Virus record (IMG/VR): IMGVR_UViG_3300042880_000331
Length of the DNA stretch: 64,000 nt
Direction: 5' to 3' (one strand)
DNA from: an uncultured virus (IMG/VR IMGVR_UViG_3300042880_000331)
Lineage: Duplodnaviria > Heunggongvirae > Uroviricota > Caudoviricetes
In this document: in pieces, positions 53,888 through 63,312 of the stretch
Position numbering within the stretch: the first letter of the stretch is position 1
Layout of the letters: every line of letters begins with the position of its first letter
Position numbers and translations under genes: made by a program
Notes under the pieces: generated by a model
Told to the model about the DNA's origin: nothing
The model's database searches: none
What the model saw: the letters and a program-made list of their open reading frames with translations, nothing else

Positions 53888-56800
53888 TTAGTCGGATTCT
53901 TGAAGGGCGACGACATTTGCCGCTGCCGAAGGGGAAATGGACGCCTGCGTGACCCAGGGCCTATAGGCGGTCGCGCCGCTGGCGTTTCTCGCCTCGATCT
54001 CGACCGATCCTGTGTATTGGAAGTCGAAGTTAAGGGTCGTTCCCGCCCCGCAAAACGCCTGTTGCAGCAAGGCCCCCGTGTCCACCCGTGTCACCTTCAC
54101 CCGCGATTGCGGGACAAGATTGGTGATGTTGACCAGTGACCCCGGAAGGGGATGCGGGATTTGCTGATCTGTCGCGTTGGTCTGGATACCCGCCGAAAAC
54201 CCGGTTGTAAGCGTACCCGCTGCGGCCACAATCGCGCGGCACCGGATTTGCAAGAGATAGCCATTGGTCGGGCTGACCGCGACGTTAACCGGCGAGAAGC
54301 TGATTGTGCCGTTTGCGCCAAGCGGGCTGGAAATGAAAGCGTTGGAGACAGTAATCACGTCCCCGACGATGTTCGTGATTGTCGTATCCTGCGGCAGGCG
54401 GAAGGTGCTGTGCTGGATAAAATCCCCGATCTGCGGCTGGCGTGTCAGTGCAGCCCTGTCGGCAGAGTTCATTGTGACCGTGGTAGCGCCGTTTGCCGGG
54501 TCGCCGTTGGTGCGCACCGTATTTGCAAGGAACGTCCAAGACGCGCCGAAACCGCCGCCCGTGTCGATCTTGTATTCCCAGATCAGGTTTTGCGTGGCCG
54601 TCCCGCCGGGTGATCCACCGCCACCGAAAGCGGTGTGACCATAAAACCGATAGGGCGAGGTCCAGACTGCTTCATCCGTCAGCTTTGAAAGAACAATGCT
54701 GCCCGAGCCGGTATAGCCGGAGCCGATCCCGAACGTGCCGGAAAACTGGCTTGCGGAAGCGGCTGTAGGCTCGTTTGCCATGACCGAAATGCGCCCGGTC
54801 GTGGTGGAGTTATAAGCATCATCCCAATGCGTGCCGTTTGCGTTCGCAAATCCACGCCGGAAATTCGACCAGCGACCGCCTCGGCTGGTGATGGAAGGGC
54901 CGCTTAAATCAATGAATTGCGATCCAGTCGCCCAGACATCGAACATTTGGACCAACGGCATGGTTGTGACGAAATTCACCGCCCCGGTGCGATTATTCGT
55001 GGTGTAGATACGCCGGAACGTGGCCTCGGAACCCGGCCCCCCGTTTACGATAAACCCCATAGGATTTGCTGAACCGCAGTCGTATGGAGCAGTGGGGGTG
55101 CCGATGTTGGAGATTTTCAGGTTGGAGAAGTACCCGGCAGCAAGGTTAACGATGTGGTCATAGGGATGTACATTGGACAGCCCGCCGAGCGATGAAAAGC
55201 CGTCAAGCTCGATGTTTGTGCCAGTGAAGGCGAAAGCCGAACTTGCCACTGCGGGGGTGCCGCCAGTCATCACATCGGCGTATTTGAAGTTCTTGATCAG
55301 GCCGTTTGAGTTTCCCGCGCCAATTGTCGTCTGCCCATTGATGACTTCGCAATCCTCGAACACGAAGTTGGACATACCCAAGTTCACAATGCCAAACTGC
55401 CCCGGCCCGGTCGTCTGCCTTTGCGACAGGCCCTGCCAGCGGGCAATCAGGTCAAACCGGCACCGACGAAAGGCGACATTCGTGGTGGACGTTGCTGAGA
55501 AAACCAAAGTGTTACTGCGGCGGGTAAACCGGCTATCCGTTGCACCCCCGGCAAAGGCGTTTGCAAATGCTAGAGCGGTCGTGCTTGAAGGCATCAGGCC
55601 CACACCGACGCAAGAGTTGGTGATTGCGGTGCTGCTAATATACTGTGTGGTGCAGCTATCGGAAATTACCATGTTCCCGGTATTGAACCAATTCAGCACA
55701 GCCCCTTTAACCGTGGGGCCGGGATTGCCGGAGTTGAAGTAATACCGCGTGTTCAGCGCGGTCAGCATCGGCGCGGCGCTATCTACCGGCTGCGTGGTGG
55801 ACAGGAAGACGTTCGGTATCCTGACCTTGCAGCCTGACGGTGGCTTGAAACCGGAATTGTTCGCCCCGCGAAGCGCAATCTGCACAGTTCCCGCTATCGG
55901 GTCCACGCCGCAATGCTTTCCGCGCACATCGGTCGGGATGAAGGAGAAAGTCGCCATTTCCAGCCGCGACAGGGCGATATTGACACCCTCGGAGGCGCTG
56001 CCAGTGAAGGACGGCAGGCCGTTCACATAGGTAGGGGTTGCGGAGTTGGAGGTCGCAATAGTTATCGCGCCGGTCCCCGTGTGGTTTACTGAGACCTTGA
56101 CCTCATAAATCCCGCCGCCAAGCGCCGTGATGGAAGATGCTGTCCCGGTCGGACTCCCGACATTAGGGACGGCGCTGAGTGTACCTGCCACAAAGTCCAC
56201 CAACACACCGAAGCGGTCGGCACTGTTGTTCGTGGCAAACTGCACCACGACCCACTGCCGCGTGTCGCGCAGTATCCGCGCAGTGAAGGTGGCGGCTCCA
56301 GCCGGGAAGCTGGTGTTGTTCGCACCAAGCGCAAAGGACGCACTGTGAACCCCTGCTACCGCCGTTTCCCGGATACGTTCTGCGGCTGGATAGGGAAACG
56401 CCGAAATAGCATTCCTTGTCAGGGTCGCATTGGTGGCGGTCAGCCCTTCATTGACGGTGTGGTGGCCGTTCCAAATGTCGCCTGCGTTGGCATACCACTC
56501 ATAAACGCCCGATCCGGGGGCAGTCTCAATCTGGACGCCCCCCAATTCCTCGCGCACAGGCAGCGTGAAAGTCTGGTTATCCGCGCCGTTCGTTGTTCCA
56601 AGGTCGTACCAGTCGCCATCGACAACACAAGAGGACAGGCGAGGCACTGCCATAAAGACGCTGGTGCCGCCAATGGTGCGGGCGATGACCTGAATAGCGC
56701 CCCGCTTGCCCGCATTGCTGGCAACGATAGTCGCACCACCCGGCAGCGTGATTGTCTCGCCCGCTTGGAAGTTGCCGGTCTTGGACCGCAGCTTGATGTA

Positions 56801-57982
56801 GCCCGCCGCAGGCATTGCAGCGCCCGCTACAGCCGGGTCAAACGATCCGCTGGCCCATACACGGGTCAACTCGCCCGTCGCGCCACTGGTGCCCCCTGTG
56901 ACCGTGTTAGACCCAAGGGCAGCTTGTGTAGGCACGTTGCCGGGAGAAGACGTTCCGGACAATAGGTCGTACTGAAACACTGTGTTAGAATTGGTTCCAG
57001 CGACATACATGCGGGAACCGTCCGGCTTGAAAGCCAAACCAGCGGGAGAAGTGTCCTGCCCGGCAACATTGAACGATAAACCGCTGTAAGACGCAGACCC
57101 TACATTCCATGCAGTTGAAAGAGAGTATTGGTAGACCGTATCCGCCGTTCTCCCAACGACATACATGCGCGATCCGTCCGGCTTGAAGGCAATGGCTGCT
57201 GGCTGTGCCTCCTGCCCGGCAACACTGAACGATGTACCACTAAAGGATGCCGAAGTTAAATTCCATGCCGTCGAAAGAGAGTATTGGTAGACCGTATCGT
57301 TATTAATCCCAGCAACATACATCTTTGTGCCATCGGCACTGAAGGCAATGGCTCTTGGCTGCCCCTCCTGCCCGGTAACACTGAACGATATGCCGCCATA
57401 AGACGCTGTGTTGATATTCCATGCCGTCGAAAGAGAGTATTGGTATACTTTACCCGATCCTCTTCCAACAACGTACATTTTTGTGCCGTCGGCACTGAAA
57501 GCTAAGTCTGTCAGATTACGGTCTTGGGAGGAGGTCAAAAAGTAAGCGGTCCAGGATGCCGAACCAATATCCCACGCTGTGGAAAGTGCATATTGTTGTA
57601 CTGCAGAATCAAATTCATCAAAATCAGTGCCGACAGTGTACATCTTTGTGCCGTCGGCACTGAAGGTAACACCATCTGGATAGATACCTTCTCCATTGAC
57701 ATTGCGCGACACCCCACCATAGGAGGCACCCGCAACATCCCAAGGTGTGCCTGTGGAAGACTCGAAAGGCACTTCCCAAACTTTGGTGCCGTCGATCAAG
57801 ACCGATCCACCCAACGTCGATGAGAGCGTGACAATACCAAACGCAGCCGCCTGCTGATTGATCTGCGTATCAGCATCAATCGTCAGCGCCCCGCCGTTAA
57901 TCGTGATGGACTCGCCGTCAAGCAAGCCCGAAATGGCGGCGTCGTCATAGTTGACGGCAGTGGTGATGGTCTGGTTTGCCAA
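53888..57982 (-). CDS. Large fibre/adhesin-like protein (beta-propeller repeats + beta-helix-like region)
   Basis: 1364 aa; TTG start with AGGA RBS; five F(S/K)(A/P)DG..MY...YxLSTAW repeats. Confidence 0.75.
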   Translation of the reverse strand: MANQTITTAVNYDDAAISGLLDGESITINGGALTIDADTQINQQAAAFGIVTLSSTLGGSVLIDGTKVWEVPFESSTGTPWDVAGASYGGVSRNVNGEGIYPDGVTFSADGTKMYTVGTDFDEFDSAVQQYALSTAWDIGSASWTAYFLTSSQDRNLTDLAFSADGTKMYVVGRGSGKVYQYSLSTAWNINTASYGGISFSVTGQEGQPRAIAFSADGTKMYVAGINNDTVYQYSLSTAWNLTSASFSGTSFSVAGQEAQPAAIAFKPDGSRMYVVGRTADTVYQYSLSTAWNVGSASYSGLSFNVAGQDTSPAGLAFKPDGSRMYVAGTNSNTVFQYDLLSGTSSPGNVPTQAALGSNTVTGGTSGATGELTRVWASGSFDPAVAGAAMPAAGYIKLRSKTGNFQAGETITLPGGATIVASNAGKRGAIQVIARTIGGTSVFMAVPRLSSCVVDGDWYDLGTTNGADNQTFTLPVREELGGVQIETAPGSGVYEWYANAGDIWNGHHTVNEGLTATNATLTRNAISAFPYPAAERIRETAVAGVHSASFALGANNTSFPAGAATFTARILRDTRQWVVVQFATNNSADRFGVLVDFVAGTLSAVPNVGSPTGTASSITALGGGIYEVKVSVNHTGTGAITIATSNSATPTYVNGLPSFTGSASEGVNIALSRLEMATFSFIPTDVRGKHCGVDPIAGTVQIALRGANNSGFKPPSGCKVRIPNVFLSTTQPVDSAAPMLTALNTRYYFNSGNPGPTVKGAVLNWFNTGNMVISDSCTTQYISSTAITNSCVGVGLMPSSTTALAFANAFAGGATDSRFTRRSNTLVFSATSTTNVAFRRCRFDLIARWQGLSQRQTTGPGQFGIVNLGMSNFVFEDCEVINGQTTIGAGNSNGLIKNFKYADVMTGGTPAVASSAFAFTGTNIELDGFSSLGGLSNVHPYDHIVNLAAGYFSNLKISNIGTPTAPYDCGSANPMGFIVNGGPGSEATFRRIYTTNNRTGAVNFVTTMPLVQMFDVWATGSQFIDLSGPSITSRGGRWSNFRRGFANANGTHWDDAYNSTTTGRISVMANEPTAASASQFSGTFGIGSGYTGSGSIVLSKLTDEAVWTSPYRFYGHTAFGGGGSPGGTATQNLIWEYKIDTGGGFGASWTFLANTVRTNGDPANGATTVTMNSADRAALTRQPQIGDFIQHSTFRLPQDTTITNIVGDVITVSNAFISSPLGANGTISFSPVNVAVSPTNGYLLQIRCRAIVAAAGTLTTGFSAGIQTNATDQQIPHPLPGSLVNITNLVPQSRVKVTRVDTGALLQQAFCGAGTTLNFDFQYTGSVEIEARNASGATAYRPWVTQASISPSAAANVVALQESD

Positions 57983-58125
57983 GGTTTGTTCCTAGCTATT
58001 GCTCAGTTTTCCAGCCGCATAACTAAAGACGCAAGGTGTTACCACGAGTATAGGCAGTCAGGGCAGGCTTTGCAACGGGATTATACAAATCACGTTTTGG
58101 AAGTTTTGTTTCCAGCTATTTATAT

Positions 58126-58377
58126 CTAACTTTTTAATTCTGCCCTGATCAGAATTTCGTCTATAGTTTCTATCTTGCCGTTAGCACGGGACAGCGCCCG
58201 CGTCGTGGTCAGCAGCGCATCAACCATTTCGCCTTCTGTTACTGGTGCGCCTCTCGTCCAGCCAGGTTCGGGCTGACGTAGTTCCAACGGTACGTCGGTC
58301 ACAATTACCGTTGTTCTTCCGTTACTGGCCCCACAGGCGCTCAGCAGTAGTACGAAGCAAAGGGGATAACGGCGCAT
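58126..58377 (-). CDS. o-spanin (Rz1-like lipoprotein)
   Basis: Lipobox LLLSAC; overlaps end of i-spanin. Confidence 0.75.
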   Translation of the reverse strand: MRRYPLCFVLLLSACGASNGRTTVIVTDVPLELRQPEPGWTRGAPVTEGEMVDALLTTTRALSRANGKIETIDEILIRAELKS

Positions 58378-58627
58378 CTCTTCCCTCCATTTTTCGCAAA
58401 TCAGCATCCAGATCACGCCACTGTGCATCTTCGTCAGTGATACGAGCGAAATGGGCGCGTAGCACGGCAGCAGCCTCATCCGATTGCGCCCGTGCCGCTC
58501 GTTCCGCACTAAGGTCAGTTTGCAGTATCTGTAGTTCGCCCCGGGCCGCGATCGCTTGGCCACGCTGCCACAGGCCCCATGTGGCCAGAAGCGCGATGAC
58601 GGCCGCAGCAGCCAGCCAGCGTATCAC
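58322..58627 (-). CDS. i-spanin (Rz-like)
   Basis: N-terminal TM then coiled coil; follows endolysin. Confidence 0.7.
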   Translation of the reverse strand: MIRWLAAAAVIALLATWGLWQRGQAIAARGELQILQTDLSAERAARAQSDEAAAVLRAHFARITDEDAQWRDLDADLRKMEGRDAPLSPLLRTTAERLWGQ

Positions 58628-59232
58628 GGCGCCACCGCATCGGGACGGGCCTGCCAGGCCTTAAACGCCGCCGCCAGCTTGGTATGATAGCCGTGCTTGG
58701 CATAGCCCGGCCCGTTGTACCCACGGGCGAACCCGCGCCAGTCGTGGTTTCGCAATTCGTCGTCCAGCGCCTCGGAAATAATGAACCTCACCATCGCGAT
58801 CAGGTGCTTTTCCTCGTCGTCCAGGAAGTCGGAGATCATGTCTTCGGCGGTGGCGTAGCCCGCCGATTTGGCGTTAAACCCCATGATCTGCGCCAGCCCC
58901 CAGGACGCGCTTCTCAGCGCGCCCGGCCGGTCAATCTTGATTGCCGCCAGAAGGCGCGGGTAGCTGTCGGCGGGGTAGGGCCGCTCCCCCCAGCGCTCAT
59001 AGGCAAGGCCCTGTGTCACTGCCAGTTCGCGCTTGCGTTCGCCCAACTCTCGATAGAACCTGTGTGGCTCGAAAAGCATCTTCAGCCGGCCCTGCGCATC
59101 AAAGCCTGAACCGGACGCTTCTACGGCAACTACGGCGCGCAACTCATCCTCACCGACGCCGATCAGTTTGGCGGCACGGCCAAAATCCCAGGCATCAAGC
59201 CGCTTCGCCTTACCTCTGAACGAGTTTGTCAT
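58624..59232 (-). CDS. Endolysin, N-acetylmuramidase (DUF3380)
   Basis: AV..VEASG.GF, LFEPH.F, SASWGLAQIMGFN, FARGYNGPGY. Confidence 0.92.
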   Translation of the reverse strand: MTNSFRGKAKRLDAWDFGRAAKLIGVGEDELRAVVAVEASGSGFDAQGRLKMLFEPHRFYRELGERKRELAVTQGLAYERWGERPYPADSYPRLLAAIKIDRPGALRSASWGLAQIMGFNAKSAGYATAEDMISDFLDDEEKHLIAMVRFIISEALDDELRNHDWRGFARGYNGPGYAKHGYHTKLAAAFKAWQARPDAVAP

Positions 59233-59245
59233 GTCAGTGCTCCGG

Positions 59246-59389
59246 TTAGAACAGGAACGGAAGAACGAGGAACAGAAAAGCCGCGATAGGCAGGCCGATT
59301 TTCAGCGTGTGCCAGAAATCGTCACAGGGCCGCTCCTTCTCCCGCCGAAACAGCGGTTTTGGGTCCGCAACCAAGTCATTATTTTGCAT
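59246..59389 (-). CDS. Small membrane protein in lysis cassette (47 aa)
   Basis: MQNNDLV...IGLPIAAFLFLVLPFLF. Confidence 0.5.
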   Translation of the reverse strand: MQNNDLVADPKPLFRREKERPCDDFWHTLKIGLPIAAFLFLVLPFLF

Positions 59390-59729
59390 CGGTATTGCTT
59401 TCCGGCCCGATGCTTTTGCCCGCAGCCATGCGCTCGATCAGGGTAACGGCCATCAGCCCGATCAGAAAAGCCGCAGCACAAAGCGTGCCAAGCGCCCCGG
59501 CCATGCCATCCGGCAGATCGCCAATCCACGGGCGCAGAAGGTGCGGGGCCAGAACCCCGACCCCAAATGCGGTGGATGAGCCAATAAACATCACGCGCAG
59601 ACCTTCGCGCCACGACGTTTTCAACGCAGCTGACCGCACGGCCCCTCCCAGGGCACCAAAGAACGCGAGGATCACTCCTCGTTCGTTAAAGATTGAATGC
59701 CAATCGCTCACACGAGATACCCCAGACAA
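59379..59729 (-). CDS. Putative holin
   Basis: Multiple TM segments; upstream of endolysin; start uncertain. Confidence 0.7.
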   Translation of the reverse strand: MSGVSRVSDWHSIFNERGVILAFFGALGGAVRSAALKTSWREGLRVMFIGSSTAFGVGVLAPHLLRPWIGDLPDGMAGALGTLCAAAFLIGLMAVTLIERMAAGKSIGPESNTDAK

Positions 59730-59802
59730 TCAATCAATCTGCTCATTGGCATATCCTTAGCGCGGTTGATACACCGTGTCGCCATCGACCGACGGTAGAC
59801 AA

Positions 59803-59831
59803 CCCATAGCATAGGAAACCCCACCACGCAA
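59803..59831 (-). promoter_or_regulatory. Lysis-cassette promoter
   Basis: TTGCGT-N17-TATGGG with TG extension. Confidence 0.45.
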
Positions 59832-59951
59832 GGGGTGATCGCAAAAATGCAGCAGCGGCCGCAGGGGGCGTTGCATAATGCAGGGCGGTTAAGGGTGCGG
59901 CCATAGCGAGCACTGGCCCACTGCGGCGTTTTTCAGGGGTGCGGTGGCATT

Positions 59952-60143
59952 CTAGCGGGTTCGCGCTTGCAGTACCAGCTTTGGCTCAAGGCCACCTTGC
60001 ACCTTCACATTTTCGATTTCCATTTCAGGACCAAAGTCCCCAACCCGGATCACGACGGGAGAGTGCGGGCTGATCCCGTGTTGCTGGACAGCCATCTTGA
60101 CGGCGTCGATGACCCATCCAATCTTCTTAGGTTCAGTTGACAT
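59952..60143 (-). CDS. Hypothetical protein
   Basis: AAAGGA RBS. Confidence 0.55.
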   Translation of the reverse strand: MSTEPKKIGWVIDAVKMAVQQHGISPHSPVVIRVGDFGPEMEIENVKVQGGLEPKLVLQARTR

Positions 60144-60474
60144 TCTTGTGTCCTTTCTGTATGACAAAGTGGCGCAGCTTGCCCACCTTTCTGGATTCTT
60201 CAGCGACAATGGTTTCGATACCGAACAGGCGGAAGACCCGCAAGATTTCGAAGTCTTTGGGACGTTCTTTTGTGGACGAAAAAGACAGCTCTAGTTGGCC
60301 GTCTGCATCTAATGTGGCGATCCAGTGCAGGCCGCAGGTTTCCCCGCTGGACAGCTCACCCTTCATACCCTTGCGGGCCATAACGTCCTTGAGGGTTGCA
60401 ATGCGGACAGGATTAGTTTCCGCATACTTCGCAAAGTTTGTCAGGTCATATTTCTTGATTGGCCCAGGCGTCAT
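60133..60474 (-). CDS. Hypothetical protein
   Basis: GAGG RBS; ATGA overlap. Confidence 0.55.
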   Translation of the reverse strand: MTPGPIKKYDLTNFAKYAETNPVRIATLKDVMARKGMKGELSSGETCGLHWIATLDADGQLELSFSSTKERPKDFEILRVFRLFGIETIVAEESRKVGKLRHFVIQKGHKNVN

Positions 60475-60938
60475 ACCTTGACCTCATACCCATTCTTGAG
60501 CTTCGCTTCCACCCAAAGCCCAAACCAAGCCTTGAACGTTTCGATGTCTGTTTCGCCCACCGCGACCATATGGTTTACGAACTGCCCTTGGATAGGCAAG
60601 TGAATAGGCAAGCGGACATGCCAAGCTTTTCGGTTCTGCCTATAGATAAGAACAGGGACCTCGTTGTTCCGAGAAGCAGCAGCAACCGTCTGGCGCCACC
60701 ATTCCGGAATCGCCAACGTCTCCTGGCGCTTAACTTCTACTGACAAACCGAAGCAGTTGGTGAGGTCATTTCCGCCGACCGCGCTCTGCATCTGGTTGCG
60801 CTGGACGGTCCGCATACCTTTAAGGCAGTCTGGCTCGTCATAGCCCATTCGCTTCATTGTGGTATAGATAGCGTAATTAAGCATGTCAGCAATCTCACGC
60901 TCGCCAGTTTGCCCTTTCGTTCTTGCGTTTAGGGTCAT
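60471..60938 (-). CDS. Holliday junction resolvase (PD-(D/E)XK)
   Basis: RTKGQTGERE, GGNDL, VEVKRQE, WW.Q. Confidence 0.8.
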   Translation of the reverse strand: MTLNARTKGQTGEREIADMLNYAIYTTMKRMGYDEPDCLKGMRTVQRNQMQSAVGGNDLTNCFGLSVEVKRQETLAIPEWWRQTVAAASRNNEVPVLIYRQNRKAWHVRLPIHLPIQGQFVNHMVAVGETDIETFKAWFGLWVEAKLKNGYEVKV

Positions 60939-61017
60939 GTCGTCTCCTTGCGGTGAACACCTTCGCCGAGCAGCTTGCCACAAACGAGGTTAAACAAGTC
61001 TTCGAATGCTGGATCGC

Positions 61018-61497
61018 TCATAGTGCTAGCACTTTTTCCGGGTCGTACGCCCACTGGAGCAGACCTTGCTTCACAACTGGTGAACACCAGCCCCGCGCCT
61101 TAATTTGGTTGCGCCCATAGCGCCCCCACCGATCCGCGAAATTCACCCATCGCTGGATTTGCCAGCTGTCACGGGTATGCCTACGACCGCTAGCATATCG
61201 GCAATACCAGTGGAACCATCCAAGCGGATCTTCTGGTTTCAACCACCCTTGCGCTGCCCACGCTTCAAAACTATCACCACTCTTTGCGTTGTATTGGTTT
61301 CGTGCCTTGGAGAACTTGCCAATTTGCGTTTCAGCAGCGCATCGGATGCCAATTGCCATTCCAGAAAAGTCTTCATCCGTAGCTTTGTTGAAGTAGCTGC
61401 CCCCAAAGACACCACGGGCCATCATTTCTTCTGGCGTAAGCTGTGGTAAGAATGGGTTCACCGCAGACTTAAACATCTCGTCAAACAGGTCAGGCAT
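61018..61497 (-). CDS. Conserved uncharacterised protein
   Basis: P.LTP.EM...G.FGG.YF, W...GW, DP.GWF.WYCRY..GRR...D..QI.RW. Confidence 0.7.
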   Translation of the reverse strand: MPDLFDEMFKSAVNPFLPQLTPEEMMARGVFGGSYFNKATDEDFSGMAIGIRCAAETQIGKFSKARNQYNAKSGDSFEAWAAQGWLKPEDPLGWFHWYCRYASGRRHTRDSWQIQRWVNFADRWGRYGRNQIKARGWCSPVVKQGLLQWAYDPEKVLAL

Positions 61498-61688
61498 TAA
61501 CAGAACCACCAAATAGGCCCAACAGTCGTAACCACAACGAACAGCAAAGTTCCGAGCGTCACAAGCATGTTCCACTTTCTTCCGTCACCACCACAAACCT
61601 CACAAGTCATTGGCGTAACACATTCAGTTAGATGATACCCGCGCCCTTTGCACGCCTTGCAGGGCGGTGGCTCAAAGTAATCTCGCAT
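61497..61688 (-). CDS. Small DnaJ-type Zn-finger membrane protein
   Basis: CKACKGRG...CEVCGGDG plus TM; GGAG RBS. Confidence 0.6.
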   Translation of the reverse strand: MRDYFEPPPCKACKGRGYHLTECVTPMTCEVCGGDGRKWNMLVTLGTLLFVVVTTVGPIWWFC

Positions 61689-61721
61689 TGTACGAACTCC
61701 AAAAGAACAACATTTGGTGAG

Positions 61722-61813
61722 CGTATAGCAGGGGCACGGTTCATCGCAAGTATAAAATTGCGTTCTTTACAGGCGTTTTTTTGCTTGCATATAGCGCCCC
61801 CGCCGTTTACTGT
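61722..61813. promoter_or_regulatory. Divergent promoter pair
   Basis: Minus TTGCGA-N16-TATACG; plus TTGCAT(61785)-N17-TACTGT. Confidence 0.5.
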
Positions 61814-61841
61814 GGTTCAAAGAGTAATGGAAGGAAGATAG

Positions 61842-62039
61842 ATGCGCTGGTTCGTGGAAGAAAAGACCTTCAAAGGAACTTGGTCACCCGCAATCTACTA
61901 CAGCAAAGAACCTCCCACTGAAAAAGGGCTTTCCGGTAGCAGAACTTTCCGAAAACCTCCTATTGCTTTGCCTGCAGAACACAATTGTCTGTCATTAAGT
62001 GAAGTCATTGCGCTTTATGGTGGGAAAGAAGTAGCATGA
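61842..62039 (+). CDS. Hypothetical protein
   Basis: GGAAGGA RBS. Confidence 0.55.
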   Translation: MRWFVEEKTFKGTWSPAIYYSKEPPTEKGLSGSRTFRKPPIALPAEHNCLSLSEVIALYGGKEVA

Positions 62040-62203
62040 GTGCAGGCAAAGTGATGGGCGCAGCTTGGCACGCCATGGCAGGCACCATAGGCGAAATGGC
62101 GCTTGCACTGGAACGGAAACAACCAGTTCCAAAAGCGCAAGTGATACGTTGGATCATGCGGTTGCGTAAGGCAGCCGACATATTGGAGGAGCTAACGAAG
62201 TGA
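62036..62203 (+). CDS. Hypothetical protein (55 aa)
   Basis: MSAGKVMG...; overlaps at both ends. Confidence 0.5.
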   Translation: MSAGKVMGAAWHAMAGTIGEMALALERKQPVPKAQVIRWIMRLRKAADILEELTK

Positions 62204-62517
62204 AACTCAAGGCCGAACGCTACAGCCAACGCATGGGCTCCCGCATTTCCGTCATGAAGGATGGCGAGCGGGTTGCTATGCTGGAGGTCAAGATTGTGCG
62301 CCAGGGCACGCAGACCGTCGAAGAGGCGTCTGAAACTGTGGTCACCTACGTCAGCAGCTTGCAACCCGCAACCCTGCTGAACGAGGCGTTTGATCGGCTA
62401 TTCGACATTATGCTTGGGGATGACGGTGAAGCTTATTTCCAAGCTGAACGGTTCCTGAAAGCACACCGCCCTGACCTCTACAACCGTATAAGCCAAGTAA
62501 AGGAACTTCTAAAATGA
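62200..62517 (+). CDS. Hypothetical protein
   Basis: GGAGGAG RBS; GTGA overlap. Confidence 0.6.
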   Translation: MKLKAERYSQRMGSRISVMKDGERVAMLEVKIVRQGTQTVEEASETVVTYVSSLQPATLLNEAFDRLFDIMLGDDGEAYFQAERFLKAHRPDLYNRISQVKELLK

Positions 62518-62681
62518 CCACAATATCGACGATATGCGTCACGGCTCTTGGAATATTCTTGATATACCTGTATTTCCTGCCGTTACAGTTTGAAGAAGTA
62601 ATGCCAAATTGGCTTGACCGAACCCGGTTCATGTGCGCCACTAGCGAAAGCCAAGCAGAAAAGGACTTTTGGTGCAACTAA
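62514..62681 (+). CDS. Small membrane protein (55 aa)
   Basis: AAGGA RBS; N-terminal TM. Confidence 0.5.
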   Translation: MTTISTICVTALGIFLIYLYFLPLQFEEVMPNWLDRTRFMCATSESQAEKDFWCN

Positions 62682-62915
62682 GCTCGATATAGGTCAAAAT
62701 ATGGGGCGCGCTGTCTGTGTAGGCATACGGGGGCCGGGTGATTTTTCGGGTGGGGGCGATGTATCGGAATAGAATAAGAAGAGAGTAGTGGCTAGTTGGA
62801 TAAGACTTAAAAATGGGGCGGGCTGGTCGGGTTCCGAGCCTCGCCAATCTCGGTCGAGCACAGAGGGAGGAGGGGACCGGAGAGGTGCCCCATCTCGACC
62901 CCTAACCCCTTTACC

Positions 62916-63116
62916 TTACGCGGGGTTTACCACAGTGGGCAGGCGCGTTTGTACCGGGCAAACGTCAACTGTGTAGCCGTCAGCTAGTAGGTCAGCGTAG
63001 CCTTGTGCGTTGTACGCATAGCCATGCGTAGCAAGCCACCGCCTTGCAACACGGTAACATTCAAACACCTGCACCAAACCTGTTTCGGCGTGTGTAACTA
63101 CGGTAACTTTTTCCAC
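62916..63116 (-). CDS. Hypothetical protein
   Basis: GTG start with leader matching that of ORF 63313. Confidence 0.55.
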   Translation of the reverse strand: MEKVTVVTHAETGLVQVFECYRVARRWLATHGYAYNAQGYADLLADGYTVDVCPVQTRLPTVVNPA

Positions 63117-63163
63117 GGTGTAAACCCCTGTTTGCGGTGTAGCACAGCGCTACCCTGTACCGC

Positions 63164-63265
63164 ACCATAGCAAAGGAGCTGAACTATTGCAAGCAAAATA
63201 AATTCCGAATTTATTTTATATCGATGCAAAAATCCCTTGCATGTGGGTCAGTAAGCTGCTATGCA
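63164..63265. promoter_or_regulatory. Divergent early promoters
   Basis: Minus TTGCAA-N17-TATGGT (63164-63192); plus TTGCAT-N17-TATGCA (63237-63265); AT-rich spacer. Confidence 0.65.
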
Positions 63266-63312
63266 TTAGCTATGCGGTAGCACGGTGCTACCCAACAGCA
63301 AAGGGTTACACC

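Larger units (their letters stand above)
51065..58107 (-). repeat. ~60-bp imperfect direct repeat containing a promoter (51065-51127 and 58046-58107)
   Basis: Both read AAAACTTC...ATTTGTATAATCCC..TTGCAA-N17/18-TATACTC on minus strand. Confidence 0.8.

Noticed and set aside
56950..57760. Diversity-generating retroelement TR/VR pair
   Set aside because: Repeats are in-frame protein blades, differences are not adenine-specific, and no reverse transcriptase is present
59845..59955. Homologue of the 29962-30061 inverted-repeat element
   Set aside because: Only scattered short matches (CCATAGC, CTGCGGC); too weak to support by eye
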